Assembly (NCBI GenBank): GCA_028718245.1
Contig: JAQUME010000001.1
Location: 8,390 to 72,389 of the forward strand
DNA from: Candidatus Omnitrophota bacterium
Lineage (GTDB): Bacteria > Omnitrophota > Gorgyraeia > Gygaellales > Profunditerraquicolaceae
Length of the DNA stretch: 64,000 nt
Direction: 5' to 3'
The stretch's first letter is position 1. Each line of letters opens with the position of its first letter. A program made the position numbers and the translations under genes. Positions 31,969 to 41,215 of this stretch are shown here, piece after piece. The notes under the pieces were generated by a model. The model was not told the DNA's origin. It was given only the letters and a program-made list of their open reading frames with translations, and ran no database searches.

Positions 31969-32475
31969 ATAAAAAAGTACATCCGTATTAATGAAAGGAT
32001 TAATGTTCCGCAGGTGCGGGTTATCGGATCCGACGGGAGCCAGCTGGGGGTAATGTCGGTGCAAAGGGCCATGGAGATCGCAGGCGGGGAGGATTTAGAT
32101 TTGGTAGAGGTTGCACCGGCAGCTAATCCTCCGGTTTGCAGGATCATCGAATTCAGCAAGTTCAAGTACGACCTTGAGAAGAAAGAACGGGAATCCAAAA
32201 AACACCAGAAACAGGGCCGTTTGAAAGAGATCCGGCTTAAGCCGAATATCGATGAACATGATTTTGCAACCAAAGTCAAGCAGGCGCAAAGCTTCCTGAA
32301 GAAGAAAGATAAAGTCAGAGTAAATCTTTTCTTCCGCGGCAGGCAGATGGAGCATGTTGATCTGGGGAGAAAAGTTCTAGATAAATTTATCGTTGACACA
32401 CAGGGGGATGGACAGGTGGAGAAGGCGCCCTCAATGGAGGGGAGAATAATGTCCTTTGTGATTGCCCCAAAATAG
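31969..32475 (+). CDS. infC: Translation initiation factor IF-3 with probable non-canonical AUA start
   Basis: The open frame upstream of the listed GTG reads (I)KKYIRINERINVPQVRVIGSDG, matching the IF-3 N-terminus. The Shine-Dalgarno GAGGAGGG (31957-31964) is followed at 5 nt by ATA (31969). There is no in-frame ATG. Confidence 0.8.
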   Translation: MKKYIRINERINVPQVRVIGSDGSQLGVMSVQRAMEIAGGEDLDLVEVAPAANPPVCRIIEFSKFKYDLEKKERESKKHQKQGRLKEIRLKPNIDEHDFATKVKQAQSFLKKKDKVRVNLFFRGRQMEHVDLGRKVLDKFIVDTQGDGQVEKAPSMEGRIMSFVIAPK

Positions 32476-32550
32476 GATATAATTAGGATACAATAACACC
32501 CGGCGCTTATTTGATTTGCGCCGGTGTGCCCTTATGGGCTAGGAGATAAA

Positions 32551-32751
32551 ATGGGAAAGTTAAAGACGAAAAGAGGGGTGGCTAAGCGTTTTAAGCTTAC
32601 CAAAAAGGGCAAGGTTAAATATTCAGGGGGAGGCAAAAGCCATTTGGCTTCAAGCAAAAAAGCCAAGAGGCTGCGCTCTTTACGAAAACGCAAGACCATT
32701 ACCGGCAAGAAGGAAGCGAAGTTCGTTAAATCCATGCTGCCTTATGGTTAA
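32551..32751 (+). CDS. rpmI: 50S ribosomal protein L35
   Basis: The start was placed at MGKLKTKRGVAKRFKLTKKGKVK, preceded by AGGAGA. The product ends LPYG. Confidence 0.9.
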   Translation: MGKLKTKRGVAKRFKLTKKGKVKYSGGGKSHLASSKKAKRLRSLRKRKTITGKKEAKFVKSMLPYG

Positions 32752-32775
32752 ATAATGTTTTAAAGGAGAAAAATA

Positions 32776-33123
32776 ATGGCAAAGGCAAGACACAGTGTAG
32801 CGACCCGTAAAAGAAAAAAGAAGGTTTTAAAACAGGCCAAAGGATTCTGGGGCGACGCCAGCAAACAATACCAGCAGGCTAAAAGGGTATTGATGCACGC
32901 GCTCAAGTACGCTTATCGCGACCGCCGGAATAAAAAGCGCGAATTCCGTTCTCTTTGGATCGTCCGCATCAACGCGGCTTGCAGGCAGGAGGGAATTTCT
33001 TACAGCGCATTCATGAGCGGATTAAAGAAATCCAAGATCAATCTGGATCGCAAAATGTTGGCTGATCTGGCGGTAAAGGATAGCAATGCCTTTAAGAAAC
33101 TGGTTGAGATGATCAAGAAATAA
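32776..33123 (+). CDS. rplT: 50S ribosomal protein L20
   Basis: The product MAKARHSVATRKRKKKVLKQAKGFWG... is 115 aa. Confidence 0.95.
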   Translation: MAKARHSVATRKRKKKVLKQAKGFWGDASKQYQQAKRVLMHALKYAYRDRRNKKREFRSLWIVRINAACRQEGISYSAFMSGLKKSKINLDRKMLADLAVKDSNAFKKLVEMIKK

Positions 33124-33134
33124 AGGAAGGGCCC

Positions 33135-33788
33135 ATGTACGTAATTATCATAGGTTGCGGAAGGGTAGGGGCTGAGTTGGCTAAGCTTTTATCAGGTGAA
33201 GGCCATGACGTGGTGGTTATCGATAAAGCCCGGGATGCTTTCAACCGGCTCGGGGATACCTTTAATGGCCTGACCATGGTAGGCAATGGGTTTGACCTGG
33301 CGCTCTTAAAACAGGTAGGCATTGAGAAGGCGGATGCTCTCTGCGCGGTGACTAACGGCGACAACACCAATTTGATCAGCGCCCAGGTAGCCAAAAAGAT
33401 CTTCCGTGTGCCTAAAGTGCTTGCCCGCGTCTATGACCCGCAGCGGGCGCATATTTACTCCGCTCTCGGCCTGGATATTATCAGCGGCACCATGCTGTTT
33501 TCAGCCATGCTGCGCGATAAGATAATTGAAAGCAGGTTCTCCAGCTACCTGATCGAATCCAAGGATCTCGGGGTCATTGAAATTGAAGTAAAAGAGAGCC
33601 TGGTAGGCAAAACCATCCAGGATATAAATATCCCCGGGGATTTTGTGGTGGTGGCTTTAAGGAGAATGCAGGGGGTTATAATACCGGAACCCAAGACCGT
33701 TTTAAAAAATAAAGATATCCTGATGGGCGTAGTTAAGGTTTCCAGCCTTCAAGAGGTCCGGGAAAAGTTCCACTTGAAAGAGGGATAG
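33135..33788 (+). CDS. trkA: Trk/Ktr potassium transport NAD-binding subunit TrkA (RCK N+C)
   Basis: The N-terminus MYVIIIGCGRVGAELAKLL has a Rossmann GxGxxG, and there is a C-terminal TrkA_C domain. Confidence 0.85.
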   Translation: MYVIIIGCGRVGAELAKLLSGEGHDVVVIDKARDAFNRLGDTFNGLTMVGNGFDLALLKQVGIEKADALCAVTNGDNTNLISAQVAKKIFRVPKVLARVYDPQRAHIYSALGLDIISGTMLFSAMLRDKIIESRFSSYLIESKDLGVIEIEVKESLVGKTIQDINIPGDFVVVALRRMQGVIIPEPKTVLKNKDILMGVVKVSSLQEVREKFHLKEG

Positions 33789-33790
33789 TT

Positions 33791-34453
33791 ATGTATATTC
33801 TGATTATCGGCGCAGGCAAAATAGGATATTTCTTAGCCAAAAGGCTCTGCCAGGGAAAACATACGGTCAGTATTGTGGATAAAGACCGGATAATCTGCGA
33901 AGAGATCGCCAAGGAACTGGAAGCATTGGTGATCAATGGTGACGGCTGCGACCCCCATATCCTGGAGGAGGCCGGAATTGAGCGTGCCGACGTGCTGGCT
34001 GCGGTTACCGGGGATGATGAAGATAACCTGATCATCTGCCAGTTGGCTAAGGAAAAATTCAATATCCAGCGTACCGTCGGCCGGGTGAACAATCCCGATA
34101 ATGAGCATACCTTTAGCGAATTAGGCATCGATGTGCCGGTGGATTCGACAAAAATTATAGCTAAAGTCATTGAAGAAGAGGTTTCCTTCTCGGATTTTGT
34201 AAACCTTATGAGCTTTAAGCGGGGAAAGCTGGCTATTGTGCGCGTAGACTTGCCGCAGGACTCGCCCATAATAAATAAAGAGATAAAGGATGTGGAATTG
34301 CCTCCGGATTCGGTTTTGGTCTCCATTGTCAGGGGGGAAGAAGTAATTATCCCGAAAGGCAACACCGTTTTGAAGCCCGGAGACGATGTTATCGCCTTGA
34401 CCCTGGTCGGAAATGAACCGCAACTTTTAAGCCTGTTAGCGGGCAATCTGTGA
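33791..34453 (+). CDS. trkA: Second TrkA-family RCK subunit
   Basis: The N-terminus reads MYILIIGAGKIGYFLAKRL. The domain layout matches the adjacent paralog. Confidence 0.85.
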   Translation: MYILIIGAGKIGYFLAKRLCQGKHTVSIVDKDRIICEEIAKELEALVINGDGCDPHILEEAGIERADVLAAVTGDDEDNLIICQLAKEKFNIQRTVGRVNNPDNEHTFSELGIDVPVDSTKIIAKVIEEEVSFSDFVNLMSFKRGKLAIVRVDLPQDSPIINKEIKDVELPPDSVLVSIVRGEEVIIPKGNTVLKPGDDVIALTLVGNEPQLLSLLAGNL

Positions 34454-34567
34454 TATGAAGCTGAGGCTTACCCTTAATATAGCTTTAGGTATTGCAACCG
34501 AAGTCTTGTATACCCTGATCATAATGCTGGCAGGGTTTGCTATTTGCCTGGCGATATCTATTAAGAC

Positions 34568-36073
34568 ATGATATTAAGGCCCCGTCTTGAAGAAGTAAAA
34601 ATAATCGGATATTATCTCGGAAAGATTATTCTGGGATTGGCCTTTACCATGCTGATCCCGGTGATAATCGGATTGGCCTTCAAAGAGTTAAACCCCACCT
34701 TTGATTTCCTGATCGGTTTTGAAGCGGCCCTGCTGTTTGGTTTTTTCCTGACCAGGGTCTGCCATACGGAAAAAGACCTGAACTGGATGCAGGGGATGAT
34801 AGTCGTCAGCCTCTCCTGGCTGGCTGCGATGGCGTTGGGAGCCATACCCCTGTTTTTGAGCGGCCATTGGAAATCATCATTAGACGCCTGTTTTGAGATG
34901 ATGTCGGGCCTTTCAACCACCGGGCTTGTTTTGGTGCAGGACCTGGACCATTTATCTTTCGCGCACAACCTCTGGAGGCACCTGGGGCCTTTTATCGGCG
35001 GCCAGGGTATCGCCATTGTAGCCCTCTCTTTTTTCGTAAAGGGTACCTCCGGGGCTTTTAAGATGTATGTGGGGGAGGCGCGGGAGGAAAAACTTTTACC
35101 GAACGTAATCCATACCGCGCGTTTCATTTGGCTGATCAGTATCGTATATTTGGTTTTAGGGACGCTTGCCTTAGGCATAACGGGAATATTAAACGGGATA
35201 AAACCGGCGAATGCCTTTTTTCACGGCGCCTGTATATTTATGGCGGGTTTTGATACCGCGGGTTTTGCCCCCCAGTCGCAGAATATCCTGTATTATCACA
35301 GCCCGGCTTTTGAAATGGTAACCATGTTTTTTATGGTTTTCGGTTCGCTTAATTTCAATCTGCATTATCAACTATGGAACGGCAACCGCAGGGAAATATT
35401 CAAAAATATCGAAACAAGAACCTTGTTTATCAGTATTATGCTCACTTTTTTCATTGTAACCGTCGGCCTGAACCAGCTGAATGTTTATCCGAAAGCCATA
35501 CTCTTGTTTCGCAAGGGCTTTTTCCATCTCCTCTCCGGGCATACTACCACCGGTTATATGACAATATACGCCACCCAGTTCATCAATGAATGGGGGAGCT
35601 TGGCGCTGGTTACTTTGATCTGCGCGATGGCTTTAGGTTCCTGCGCCTGTTCTACTTCCGGAGGCATCAAGATGCTGCGCGTAGGGATCATGTTCAAGGC
35701 CTTAAAAGAGGACATAAAGAGGATTATTCTTCCCGGCAAGGCCGTCGTAGTGGAGAAGTTTCATCATATAAAAGATGTTTTTGTTGAAGACAGGTCTGTC
35801 AGGGCGGCATTTCTAATTACCGTCTCATATTTAGTCCTGTATATCGCGGGGGCGCTTATCGGCATGTTTTTCGGTTATCCTTTTTTGAGTTCTTTATTTG
35901 AGTCTACTTCGGCAGCGGGAAATGTCGGTTTTTCCTGCGGGATTACAGACACGGCCATGCCGACAGCCCTGAAGATCACCTATATAATCCAGATGTGGGC
36001 TGGCCGCCTGGAGTTTATGTCTATATTTGCCTTAATAGGGTTTGTTATGGCTTCCATCCGGGGGAAAAAATAA
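34568..36073 (+). CDS. trkH: Trk/Ktr potassium transporter membrane subunit TrkH/KtrB
   Basis: The 501-aa polytopic membrane protein has repeated pore-loop GxG segments (LSTTGLV, AGFDTAGFA, SGHTTTGY, STSAAGNVGF). Confidence 0.85.
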   Translation: MILRPRLEEVKIIGYYLGKIILGLAFTMLIPVIIGLAFKELNPTFDFLIGFEAALLFGFFLTRVCHTEKDLNWMQGMIVVSLSWLAAMALGAIPLFLSGHWKSSLDACFEMMSGLSTTGLVLVQDLDHLSFAHNLWRHLGPFIGGQGIAIVALSFFVKGTSGAFKMYVGEAREEKLLPNVIHTARFIWLISIVYLVLGTLALGITGILNGIKPANAFFHGACIFMAGFDTAGFAPQSQNILYYHSPAFEMVTMFFMVFGSLNFNLHYQLWNGNRREIFKNIETRTLFISIMLTFFIVTVGLNQLNVYPKAILLFRKGFFHLLSGHTTTGYMTIYATQFINEWGSLALVTLICAMALGSCACSTSGGIKMLRVGIMFKALKEDIKRIILPGKAVVVEKFHHIKDVFVEDRSVRAAFLITVSYLVLYIAGALIGMFFGYPFLSSLFESTSAAGNVGFSCGITDTAMPTALKITYIIQMWAGRLEFMSIFALIGFVMASIRGKK

Positions 36074-36564
36074 TGCTGAAGAGGATATCCGCCGTATTAT
36101 TCCTTGTTTTTATTCTGGCTTACGGCCCGCAGCAGGTAATCTGTTTTGCCAAGAGCATTTCCAGCACAGAGCTGATCAATAACGCTAAGGCCTATGATGG
36201 AAAAACAGTCACTTACGAAGGGGAGGCCATCGGGGATATAATGAGGCGCGGGGAGTATGCCTGGATAAATGTCAATGATGGTATTAATGCTATCGGCATT
36301 TGGATAAATGTATCGTTGCTCAAAGATATAAATTATACAGGCAGCTATAAATCATCCGGAGACAAGATCGAGGTTAAGGGGATTTTCCACCGCGCCTGCC
36401 TTGAGCACGGAGGAGACCTGGATATTCACGCCGAGAGCGTGCGTAAAATTGAAAGCGGCAGGATGATCGACCGCAAGACAGATCCGGCTAAGAGGAACCT
36501 TAGCCTTATTCTAGGCGGGGTACTGGTATTGATATGGATATTAAGCTTATTCAAGCGCAAATAG
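36073..36564 (+). CDS. Hypothetical secreted protein with C-terminal membrane anchor
   Basis: The start lies in a TAATG overlap with trkH. The product begins MLKRISAVLFLVFILAYG as a signal peptide, has a soluble middle, and ends with the hydrophobic LSLILGGVLVLIWILSLF. No family was recognised. Confidence 0.5.
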   Translation: MLKRISAVLFLVFILAYGPQQVICFAKSISSTELINNAKAYDGKTVTYEGEAIGDIMRRGEYAWINVNDGINAIGIWINVSLLKDINYTGSYKSSGDKIEVKGIFHRACLEHGGDLDIHAESVRKIESGRMIDRKTDPAKRNLSLILGGVLVLIWILSLFKRK

Positions 36565-37547
36565 AGACTGACCTTGCAAACGCAATCTCTCCGCAATTAT
36601 TAGAGGAGTTGCGCGTAAAATATTTAGGGAGAAAAGGGCTGATCGCAGAGCTGACCGCCTCTATTCCCACGCTTGCTGCCCAAGAACGGGGCGCTTTCGG
36701 CAGGGAGGTAAATGGCCTAAAAAGCAAGCTGTTAACTCTCTTTGCCGAGAAAGAAAAAAACCTGACCGGCAGCATTCAGGGAGAAATCAATAATAATATT
36801 GATATCGGCATGCCCGGGATCGCTCCAACTTTGGGTTCCGTGCACCCGATCACCCAGATCATTGATGAGATATGCGGGATATTCACCCGTATGGGTTTCT
36901 GCGTAGTTGAAGGCCCGGAAGTTGAGACGGAGAATAATAATTTTACGGGCCTGAACATTCCACTGGAGCATCCTTCCCGCGACGCTTTTGATACATTCTA
37001 TTTGAAAGATTATCCCAAACTTCTCCTGCGCAGCCATACCTCTCCGGTGCAGGTGCGGGCAATGAAAGCGCACAAGCCGCCACTGGCCATTGTTGTGCCG
37101 GGGAGGGTTTACCGGCCGGATGCCGTAGATGCCAGCCACCTTTTCATGTTCCATCAGATCGAGGGGTTCCTGGTCGATGAAAATATAAGGTTTTCAGACC
37201 TGAAAGGGACCTTAAGCCTCTTTGCCAAAAGCGTATTCGGCAGGGATATCAAAATGCGCTTCCGTCCGCACTTTTTTCCTTTTACCGAGCCCTCGGCAGA
37301 GGTGGATATCTCCTGCATTATCTGTAAAGGCAAGGGGTGCTCGGTATGCGGCAGGAAAGGCTGGCTTGAAATATTGGGCGCGGGCATGATCCACCCCAAT
37401 GTTTTTAAGCATGTCGGTTATGATCCTGAAAAATATACCGGTTTTGCTTTCGGCATGGGGATAGAGAGGATCGCCATGCTTAAATACGGGATCAATGATA
37501 TCAGGCTATTTTTTGAAAATGACCTCAGGTTTCTAAACCAATTCTAA
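36534..37547 (+). CDS. pheS: Phenylalanyl-tRNA synthetase alpha subunit
   Basis: The protein has class II motifs (FRPHFFPFTEPSAEVD, GAGMIHPNV). Confidence 0.95.
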   Translation: MDIKLIQAQIETDLANAISPQLLEELRVKYLGRKGLIAELTASIPTLAAQERGAFGREVNGLKSKLLTLFAEKEKNLTGSIQGEINNNIDIGMPGIAPTLGSVHPITQIIDEICGIFTRMGFCVVEGPEVETENNNFTGLNIPLEHPSRDAFDTFYLKDYPKLLLRSHTSPVQVRAMKAHKPPLAIVVPGRVYRPDAVDASHLFMFHQIEGFLVDENIRFSDLKGTLSLFAKSVFGRDIKMRFRPHFFPFTEPSAEVDISCIICKGKGCSVCGRKGWLEILGAGMIHPNVFKHVGYDPEKYTGFAFGMGIERIAMLKYGINDIRLFFENDLRFLNQF

Positions 37548-37600
37548 CCTGGGGACGGTTCTCAAACCAAAGCTAAACTGTCCCTGGAAAAGGATACGCA

Positions 37601-39631
37601 GTGAAGGTAACTTATAATTGGCTGAAAGATTTTCTAAATATTAAAATTTCCCCTAAATCCCTGGCAGAGAAACTGACCATGGCAGGATTGGAGGTAGTTT
37701 CTTTGGAGGAGGCGGGGGGGGATTTTGTTTTTGAGATAGAGATCACCTCAAACCGGCCGGACTGGTTAAGTATCCTCGGAGTTGCTCGTGAGATCAGTGC
37801 TGTTACCGGTACAAAACTTAAAGCCGTTAACCCGAAAGAACCCAAGATAAAAGTTAAAGGGATCAAGCCGGTAAATATATCTGTTCAAGATAAGAAAGAC
37901 TGTTCATTTTATAGCGCCAGGGTGATTCGCGATGTAAAGATCGGTCCTTCTCCGCAGTGGCTTAAAGAGCGATTAGAATTATTGGGTTGCCGCAGCGTAA
38001 ACAACATAGTTGATATTACCAATTATGTTTTATTTGAGCTGGGCCATCCGTTGCATGCTTTTGACCTGGATCTCTTAAACCAAGAAACAATTGTCGTGCG
38101 CCGGGCTAAACCCGGAGAGAAAATAACTACTCTGGATGATCAGCAAAGGCTTTTAGGCCCCGAAACTTTAGTTATCGCCGATAATGAAAAACCCCAGGCC
38201 ATAGCCGGGATTATGGGAGGCAAAGCAAGCGAAGTTACCGCCAGGACGCGTAACATCCTGCTTGAGTCAGCGGTATTTAATCCTGTGCTTATACGCAGGA
38301 CCCGGCAAAAATCAGGCCTGCAATCCGAATCAGCGTATAGGTTTGAAAGAGGGGTTAATCTAGAAACCGCTAAACTTGCTTCTTTAGCTGCCCAGGGCTT
38401 GATCTGTAAACTTGCCTCCGGCAAACCCTGCGGCTATAAAAGCATAGGTATAGCCAGATCAACCGATCCGTCGATAAAATTAGAAACAGCGTATGTAAAC
38501 AGGATATTGGGGTCAACTATATCCGCCCCTAAGATCAGGCAGATCTTAAAGGCCCTGGATTTTTGCCTAAAGGCGCAAAGAAAAGGCGCATTTCTGGTGA
38601 AGGCCCCCGGTTTTCGCCAGGATATAAAGTCAGCCATAGACCTGGTAGAGGAGATCGGCCGGATTTATGGCTACCCGGAGATCCCGCAAACCCTGCCTGC
38701 GATAAAGCCAAATTTAAATATCTGCGGCCAAAGGGATATTGTCTCCCGCCTAAAAAATGCACTTGTCGGCTTAGGCCTGCAGGAGGCGATCACCTATAGT
38801 TTAATTGACCGGGAGCTGCTGGCAAGATCCGGGATCAAGCCGCCTGCTCAACTGGTGGAGATCCTTAATCCCTTAAGCAGGGAGCAGGAGGTATTGCGGC
38901 CCAGCCTTTTACCCGGCCTTATCCGCTGCCTGGCGTATAATTTAGACCGGCAGCAGGAGTATGCAAGTGTTTTTGAGATAGCCAATGTTTTTTCAGGCAG
39001 CGCTGGTTCTCCTGAGGAGAGATTGTCATTGGGTATAGCTTTATGCGGCTCCCGGCCTATTCTGACCAAACAGGGCTTGGTCAGGGATGAGTTTATCCTC
39101 CTTCACTTAAAAGGTATTTTAGAGAGGCTTTTCAATAACCTTGGCATCCGGGAATACGATTTTAGCTCTCAAGGTTCCGGGCTAGTCAATGTAGCCATCA
39201 AGCAACAGGAAACAGGATTTATGCTTGATCTAAATAAGCAATCCCTGGATGCCCTTGGCATCAAGAACAAGCGGGTTATTCTGGCCGAGATTAATTTAGA
39301 AAAGATGCTTAGCCATATAAATTTAGATAAAAAATTCTTCAGCATCCCCAGGTACCCGGCAGTAACCCGGGATATAAGTTTTATAATCAAAGATGATATA
39401 CCTGTCCAGGGGCTGCTTGCGGCAATAGAAGCCAAAGGCCTGCCTTTGTTGCATTCAGCAAAGATCGTGGATTATTACCAGGGTAAACAGATCCCTCCCG
39501 GATTCAGGGGGCTGACCGTATCCTGCGTTTATCGCGCCAATGACCGGACCCTTACCGAAAGCGAGCTCGCACCTTTGCATAATTCCATCTGTTCTTTGTT
39601 GGAAGAGCGTTTTGGGATCAAATTGCGCTAG
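37601..39631 (+). CDS. pheT: Phenylalanyl-tRNA synthetase beta subunit (short form, 676 aa)
   Basis: The N-terminus MKVTYNWLKDFLNIKISPKSLAEKLTMAGLEV is PheT-like. B3/4, B5 and FDX-ACB-like C-terminal domains are present. Confidence 0.9.
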   Translation: MKVTYNWLKDFLNIKISPKSLAEKLTMAGLEVVSLEEAGGDFVFEIEITSNRPDWLSILGVAREISAVTGTKLKAVNPKEPKIKVKGIKPVNISVQDKKDCSFYSARVIRDVKIGPSPQWLKERLELLGCRSVNNIVDITNYVLFELGHPLHAFDLDLLNQETIVVRRAKPGEKITTLDDQQRLLGPETLVIADNEKPQAIAGIMGGKASEVTARTRNILLESAVFNPVLIRRTRQKSGLQSESAYRFERGVNLETAKLASLAAQGLICKLASGKPCGYKSIGIARSTDPSIKLETAYVNRILGSTISAPKIRQILKALDFCLKAQRKGAFLVKAPGFRQDIKSAIDLVEEIGRIYGYPEIPQTLPAIKPNLNICGQRDIVSRLKNALVGLGLQEAITYSLIDRELLARSGIKPPAQLVEILNPLSREQEVLRPSLLPGLIRCLAYNLDRQQEYASVFEIANVFSGSAGSPEERLSLGIALCGSRPILTKQGLVRDEFILLHLKGILERLFNNLGIREYDFSSQGSGLVNVAIKQQETGFMLDLNKQSLDALGIKNKRVILAEINLEKMLSHINLDKKFFSIPRYPAVTRDISFIIKDDIPVQGLLAAIEAKGLPLLHSAKIVDYYQGKQIPPGFRGLTVSCVYRANDRTLTESELAPLHNSICSLLEERFGIKLR

Positions 39632-39713
39632 TAAAATGATAGAGCGCAGTTGGGATTGACTTTTCTTCTAAATATGTGCTATACTTTTGTGAGAAGAGAC
39701 CGTTCTTTTAGAT

Positions 39714-39876
39714 ATCCCTGCGGTGCACGTTGGAGAACTTGATAATTATTGAACCAACACTTTTGTTCAGGGAGCCCGAACTCTCTTAGCGCTTAGGCGC
39801 CAAGGGGAGGGCACCCACCTGAAACCAAATCGGTTCAGACTATCTCTCCAACGGCACTTCTGCGGGGATTTTTTTT
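39714..39876 (+). promoter_or_regulatory. Structured RNA element (three hairpins closed by an 18-bp bipartite helix, then U8) immediately 5' of rarA
   Basis: Helix atccctgcgg (39714-23) pairs with ctgcggggat (39860-69). A second helix cgttggag (39728-35) pairs with ctccaacg (39846-53). Inner hairpins lie at 39750-69, 39789-800 and 39819-38. A T8 run precedes the ATG at 39877. Confidence 0.35.
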
Positions 39877-41214
39877 ATGGACTTATTTCTACAGGAAACA
39901 AAACAGCCAAAAAATTTTAAAGATCTGCCTCTGGCAGTGCGCATGCGCCCGGTGACCCTTGATGAACTGTTCGGTCAGGAGCATATCCTGGGCAAGGGTA
40001 AATTATTGCGCCGCGCCATAGAGGCCGACCGGTTGAGCTCGCTTATTCTTTTCGGCCCTCCCGGCTCAGGGAAAACCTCTTTGGCCTGGTGTATCGCCAA
40101 GATGACCCGGGCCAATTATGTAGCTATAAACGCCACTACCTCCAATGTTGAAGAGTTAAGGAAGGTCATCTCCGGGGCAAAATTGGCCGCCAGGGATAAT
40201 CAAAAGAAAACCATACTTTTCATCGACGAGATACATCGTTTTAACAAGGCCCAGCAGGATGTGCTCCTGCCTGATGTAGAGGAGGGCAGGTTGATATTGA
40301 TCGGCGCAACCGTCCACAATCCTTATTTTTCGCTTACCTCAGCCCTTTTATCCCGCTCCATCGTCTGTGAATTAAAGGCGCTTGAGCAGCCGGAGCTGTT
40401 AAAAATAATTGACAATGCCTTAAAGGACAAAGACAGGGGCCTGGGGAATATCAAGGTTAAGGCAGATAAAAAAGCGCTCAATTTTCTGGCCAAGATCTGT
40501 GAAGGGGATGCCCGCCGTGCACTGGCTAGCCTGGAGCTGGGTGTTTTGACCACCCCGGCAGCTCAAGACGGATATGTCAATTTTGATCTAGAGGTAGCTC
40601 AAGAGTCTATTCAGAAGAAAGCAGTAGTTTATGACCGGGATGAAGACGGCCACTATGACACAGCCTCCGCATTTATCAAATCCATGCGCGGCTCTGATCC
40701 CGACGCGGCGATCTATTGGCTGGCCAAGATGCTTTATGCCGGTGAAGACCCGCGTTTTATCTGCCGCCGGATTTGTATCCTGGCTGCCGAAGATGTGGGC
40801 AATGCCGACCCGATGGCTTTGGTCCTGGCTAACGCGGCCTCGCAGATCTGTGAATTTGTGGGTATGCCCGAAGCCAGGATCCCGCTGGCCCAGGCGGTAA
40901 TTTATGTTTCCTGCGCACCCAAATCAAACGCCAGTTATATGGCAATTGAGAAGGCGACGCAGGATATTAAGGAGGGCAAGGTCCAGGAGGTCCCGGATTA
41001 TTTGAAGGACGCCAACTACAACGGAGCGGAGAAATTAGGGCATGGCATCGGATATAAATACGCGCATGATTACCCGGGTCATTTTGTAAAACAGAAATAT
41101 ACCCGGAAGAAAGTACGCTACTATGAGCCCACTAATATAGGCTATGAAGCCAAGATCAAAGAACGGCTGGATAAGCTTGCCGCAAAATCTGCCGCAAGTC
41201 AAGGAGTGAGTTAA
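39877..41214 (+). CDS. rarA: Replication-associated recombination protein A (RarA/MgsA AAA+ ATPase)
   Basis: The protein carries Walker [12 protein letters not shown] and a MgsA C-terminal domain. It is 445 aa. Confidence 0.9.
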   Translation: MDLFLQETKQPKNFKDLPLAVRMRPVTLDELFGQEHILGKGKLLRRAIEADRLSSLILFGPPGSGKTSLAWCIAKMTRANYVAINATTSNVEELRKVISGAKLAARDNQKKTILFIDEIHRFNKAQQDVLLPDVEEGRLILIGATVHNPYFSLTSALLSRSIVCELKALEQPELLKIIDNALKDKDRGLGNIKVKADKKALNFLAKICEGDARRALASLELGVLTTPAAQDGYVNFDLEVAQESIQKKAVVYDRDEDGHYDTASAFIKSMRGSDPDAAIYWLAKMLYAGEDPRFICRRICILAAEDVGNADPMALVLANAASQICEFVGMPEARIPLAQAVIYVSCAPKSNASYMAIEKATQDIKEGKVQEVPDYLKDANYNGAEKLGHGIGYKYAHDYPGHFVKQKYTRKKVRYYEPTNIGYEAKIKERLDKLAAKSAASQGVS

Positions 41215-41215
41215 G

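Noticed and set aside
33733-34446. 237-aa minus-strand ORF spanning the second trkA gene
   Set aside because: It fully overlaps a motif-supported TrkA gene (Rossmann GxGxxG and the TrkA_C domain). Its own translation has no recognisable features.
39714-39876. SRP (4.5S) RNA, 6S RNA or T-box identity for the structured element upstream of rarA
   Set aside because: No GGAA/GNRA-capped domain IV motif (UCAGG...AGCAGCCAAGG) was found, and no T-box AAUUAGGGUGGNACCGCG consensus. The similarity is limited to short CCAAGG-like strings. It is left as unclassified.
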